Positions 60,656 to 64,000 of a DNA stretch of 64,000 nucleotides are shown here, one piece after another. Below the pieces are notes generated by a model. It ran no database searches, was not told where the DNA came from, and was given only the letters and a program-made list of their open reading frames with translations. Numbering within the stretch: the first letter of the stretch is position 1; each line of letters begins with the position of its first letter. A program made the position numbers and the translations under genes. The DNA lies in NCBI GenBank assembly GCA_965249575.1, contig OZ252244.1, positions 2,592,001 through 2,656,000 on the forward strand, read 5' to 3'. This DNA comes from Gemmatimonadales bacterium (lineage in GTDB: Bacteria > Gemmatimonadota > Gemmatimonadetes > Gemmatimonadales > GWC2-71-9).

Positions 60656-62943
60656 GCCAGTCCCCGCGAACGGCGGTATCCCCACTCACCGGCGATGAGC
60701 AGGACGACCGCGAAAAACACAGCGGGCATGTCCCAGAGATCCTTCTCCTCCAAGACCGCGGCACCACTCTCGGTGTAACTGATGTCCTCCGGGAGGACGG
60801 AGACCGTTTGGGGCGTGTAGAATCGGCCGCCAGTTTCTGCGGCAATGCGCTTCAGCACCGAGGACCGCATCTCGGCGCCGAAGTACTCAGTCGGTAGGTC
60901 TCCGGCGAGTACGTAGGCGGTATTACTCGAGTGGTAGGTCTCCGCGGTGGTCGCGTCGACCGTGACCTCGTGCAGGCCCGACTGCCGTGGTGCGTATGCG
61001 GCTTGGTACTGACCGTTCCGATCGACCGTCCAATCCATCTCGACCTCATGCTCGGCTCCGGTCGGATCGGTGATGCGGGCAACCACCCGAGCGTCGTTCA
61101 CCTCGAGGTACGTACTGTCATCCACCTCGGCCGTGACCATTATGGGGTCGCCCGGGGCCATACGGTCCGAAGACGTGGTTACTCCGACCTGTGTGGGCAC
61201 GTCACTTACCAGCCACCGGAGGAGCTGGCGCCAGAACATCTCGTGCGTCATGTCCTCGAGGGGGATTTCGGCATGCATCTGCCAAATCCAGGAATCCTGC
61301 GGGGTGAACGCGATAGTCTTACCCCTGCCGTAGCGGTGGTAGGCTAGCACTACTTGGGAATCACCCGTGTCCGACCGCCTGCCCGTGATGAGCGTGGTCG
61401 CCCCCGCCTTCACCCTCCCGATCGGATTGAACGTCGAGAGCGGAGGCAGCTCCTCCCAGCGCTCGGCCGAGGCCTCGTCGCCGTCCGCGATTCTGGTCAC
61501 GGCGTGCGACCTGCCCGCCGGAGTGAGCTCGACTTCCACCTCGGTGAAGAATCGGCTGCCCGGATCCGCGTCCCCCGGCTCGAGTACCACCGGGAGAACG
61601 TTCTCGACGGCCGTACCCGCGTATCCCCCTTCCGCAAAGGCGAGCCGCCCGCCAAGCGTGAGCAAGCCACCTCCCCGCTGGTTGACGAAGTCCTCGATCA
61701 TTCGCAGCTGATCCGGGGTGAAGAACCCGGCTTCCACGCTGCCGAGGATCAACCCGCGGTATGCAAAGAGCTCCTCGCGAGTCTTCGGGAACCCACCGCT
61801 CAACTCCTCGGCATCGTCCACGTCGAGGCGGAGGAACTTGCTCTCGGCTGTCCGCTGCAGCGCGGTGACCTGTATGTTCTCGTCAGCGGCCACCGCGCGG
61901 CGGATGAACTTGAGCTCGAAGCGGGGCTCACCCTCGAAGTACAGGATCTTCTCCCGCCGGTCTTCTACGACAACGAGTGCCTCGCGCTGATTGTTCTCCG
62001 CGACCAGTTCGCCGGGCTGGGCTGGAATACGGAAGCGAAACAGTCGAGGCCCGGGTTCGGTGGCCGTCACGTGCACTCGCACCGCGGCCGCCTCGCCGTC
62101 ACGCGGCAGCTCCACCTCCTTCGATCCGACGACCCTCCCCTCGTCCTCGACCAGAACCTCTACCCGGGAGCCGCGGTAGCCGTTTTGCGTCACGACGAGA
62201 TCGACGGCGACCGATGCTCCCTTGAGCACGGATCGCGGCACGGTGGCCCGCACGATCTCGATGTCCTTGGCGAAACGCTCTTCCCCGAGGCCGATGGTGT
62301 ACACAGGGACCTTGCTGGCCCTGAGCGCCAGCAGTGGCTCGGTGAGCCCCGATTCAGCGTTGTCGGCCCCATCGGTGACGACTACCAGCCCGGAGAGCGG
62401 GACGCCGGCGAGCTCGCCTCTCGCGTGCTCGAGCGCTCCGCCGAGTCGCGTCCGTGTCCCTGTGAACGTGAGCTCCGCGGGGCCGGTAATGCGTTCCGTG
62501 CTCGATGAGAAGCGGAAGAAGCGTAGGATGAATCGCTCGGAGAGCGCCGCGAGGAGCGCGCCGCCCTCGGCTCCGAAGCTCTCCTCGACAAAAAGGCTGC
62601 GAGCCCGGCCATCGCCGTCCGGGATCTGCATGCTTTGCGAGTCGTCGATCAAGATGCCCAGGAAGTTGCGCTGCGGGACGACGGTCGATAGCACGAGCTT
62701 CGGCTGCAGTAAGCAGAACACCAAGACCGCCAGCACGGCCACTCGCAGGATGGTGAGCACCGTGCGGTCGCGGGGGCGCGTCTTCCCGCGTGCCGTCGCG
62801 TACGTAGCGGCGACGAGGATCCCGACCACCCCAACCGCCAGAAGGACGACGTACATCGGCCAGGTGGCGGCGAAAGCGAACTGTCCCTTCTCCCACACGA
62901 CCATGCGGTACTTGAACAGGAAATGAAAGATCGACTCGAGCAT
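60652..62943 (-). CDS. Membrane protein with vWA, Ig-like and class-I glutamine amidotransferase-like domains
   Basis: DDSQSM, VVTDG, ENN, EGEPRFE.KF..R, GGGLL.LGG, YGRGK, W.W, FWRQLLRWL, terminal EWGYRR..GLA. Confidence 0.82.
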   Translation of the reverse strand: MLESIFHFLFKYRMVVWEKGQFAFAATWPMYVVLLAVGVVGILVAATYATARGKTRPRDRTVLTILRVAVLAVLVFCLLQPKLVLSTVVPQRNFLGILIDDSQSMQIPDGDGRARSLFVEESFGAEGGALLAALSERFILRFFRFSSSTERITGPAELTFTGTRTRLGGALEHARGELAGVPLSGLVVVTDGADNAESGLTEPLLALRASKVPVYTIGLGEERFAKDIEIVRATVPRSVLKGASVAVDLVVTQNGYRGSRVEVLVEDEGRVVGSKEVELPRDGEAAAVRVHVTATEPGPRLFRFRIPAQPGELVAENNQREALVVVEDRREKILYFEGEPRFELKFIRRAVAADENIQVTALQRTAESKFLRLDVDDAEELSGGFPKTREELFAYRGLILGSVEAGFFTPDQLRMIEDFVNQRGGGLLTLGGRLAFAEGGYAGTAVENVLPVVLEPGDADPGSRFFTEVEVELTPAGRSHAVTRIADGDEASAERWEELPPLSTFNPIGRVKAGATTLITGRRSDTGDSQVVLAYHRYGRGKTIAFTPQDSWIWQMHAEIPLEDMTHEMFWRQLLRWLVSDVPTQVGVTTSSDRMAPGDPIMVTAEVDDSTYLEVNDARVVARITDPTGAEHEVEMDWTVDRNGQYQAAYAPRQSGLHEVTVDATTAETYHSSNTAYVLAGDLPTEYFGAEMRSSVLKRIAAETGGRFYTPQTVSVLPEDISYTESGAAVLEEKDLWDMPAVFFAVVLLIAGEWGYRRSRGLA

Positions 62944-62951
62944 ACTTGGCC

Positions 62952-63803
62952 TTAGTGACTCATGCCGTACACGATGAGGTTCAGCCCCATCTGGTAGGCG
63001 AACGTCGAGAACTTCAACGGATAGTATGGGTTCTCAGCCCACTCCCAGGCGTCGCCTAGGTCGGTGTTCCAATTGATGACGACCATCAGGCGACCGTCGT
63101 CGTCGAAGATCCCTCGAACGCTCGGGGTGTAGCCGTCTCGTTCCCACGTTCTTCCCCCTGCGATACCGAGATCCACGTTCGGGACCTGTACGATTTCCGT
63201 GATGTTGTAGAACGCGTTGAACAGGGGATGGTCCAGCGGCAGATCGACGATATCGTACTCCGGCAAGACACGCCGAATCTCAGATTCGAAATTCATCCAC
63301 TGTAGCGTCCCCCAGAAGTCGTCGATCACGAGGAAGCCGCCGGCCAAGAGGTACCGACGAAGTCCCGCGACCTCCGGATCGGTGAGGGCCATGTCTCCGA
63401 CTTCCAAGGCGTACAAGAATGGGTAGCGATACAGCTCGGGGTCATCGAGTTGGATCGGGTGCTCCCCCTCGTACACATCGAGGTTGGCCAATAGCCGGCG
63501 CACACCGAGAAGGAACTGCCGATCGGCCTTGGGAAAATCGATGCTCCAACTGGAGCGGTATCGGTATCCCGAGCCGCTGTATGCGGCGCGCGAGAAGTAG
63601 AACTCGTGGGGGCCTATGGGATGTTTGATCGACGGGCGCCGAATCTCTATGCCGGGCGGCACGGCAAGCGGAGCGCGTCTGGTTGCCTGAGCCGCGAGTG
63701 GTTCCGGACCGGACCAAGCATGTACGGAAACGACGCTAGCCGCGGCGGCCCAGTAGACGGTTTGTAGGTTCGGTCGCCGCATGGCGCTCCTGACGGGATT
63801 CAC
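62952..63803 (-). CDS. DUF4159 domain protein, copy 1
   Basis: W.IDFPKAD, LRRYLLAGGFLVIDDFWG, HPLF, NTDLGDAWEW, MGLNLIVYGMSH. Confidence 0.88.
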   Translation of the reverse strand: MNPVRSAMRRPNLQTVYWAAAASVVSVHAWSGPEPLAAQATRRAPLAVPPGIEIRRPSIKHPIGPHEFYFSRAAYSGSGYRYRSSWSIDFPKADRQFLLGVRRLLANLDVYEGEHPIQLDDPELYRYPFLYALEVGDMALTDPEVAGLRRYLLAGGFLVIDDFWGTLQWMNFESEIRRVLPEYDIVDLPLDHPLFNAFYNITEIVQVPNVDLGIAGGRTWERDGYTPSVRGIFDDDGRLMVVINWNTDLGDAWEWAENPYYPLKFSTFAYQMGLNLIVYGMSH

Positions 63804-64000
63804 ATGCCGTGGCCGGATGGCTCTATCCGTGCCGTCCCCACCAGCTCAGGAGGGCCAGTCGGGCGGAACTACCCGGGCACCTTGACTGGTAGCACCCGAT
63901 ATCACTGTGCCGCAAGAGGTTTGATCCCCTTCATACCATCGGTCCCCACCGAGCGTTCCCCCGCACGTCCTGACGTCCGGTGTGCGACGCGGATCGTGCC

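Overview
High-GC bacterial chromosomal segment. Gemmatimonadota is my best inference, from the SusC/SusD pair in a high-GC background, the PEGA/Ig-like proteins, the expanded LVIVD-like family and the Bat/MoxR operon. I found no rRNA, tRNA, CRISPR array or transposase. 0-20 kb is mixed metabolism: the 5' part of otsB, a receiver-domain protein, an IorAB-type molybdoenzyme, DinB, bactofilin, a B12-independent methionine-synthase-II family gene, an NhaC-family transporter, TIGR04076 plus an aldo/keto reductase, thrA-thrC, a Crp regulator, a cupin and a class-V aminotransferase. 20-24.5 kb is a damaged mosaic of three cell-surface gene fragments. 24.5-48.3 kb holds a nitrilase/betaine-type ABC operon, an APC-EIIA-RCK_C fusion permease, an internally deleted Xaa-Pro peptidase and a SusC/SusD pair. 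It also holds four His-rich LVIVD-like beta-propeller paralogs with two orphan tail relics, interleaved with a cyclophilin, amidohydrolase, ornithine cyclodeaminase, atypical GGT and SDR. 48.5-63.8 kb is an intact nine-gene MoxR/DUF58/BatA/vWA/DUF4159 operon. The best novelty candidates are the mosaic propeller array with its AGGAGG-core palindromic repeat, the SusCD-linked peptide/amine locus, and the Bat-like operon with a TPR-gluzincin and a Cys-less caspase-fold protein. Many single-base frameshifts and clean deletions lie left of 40 kb and may be assembly errors. All family calls are from motif recognition by eye; no searches were run.
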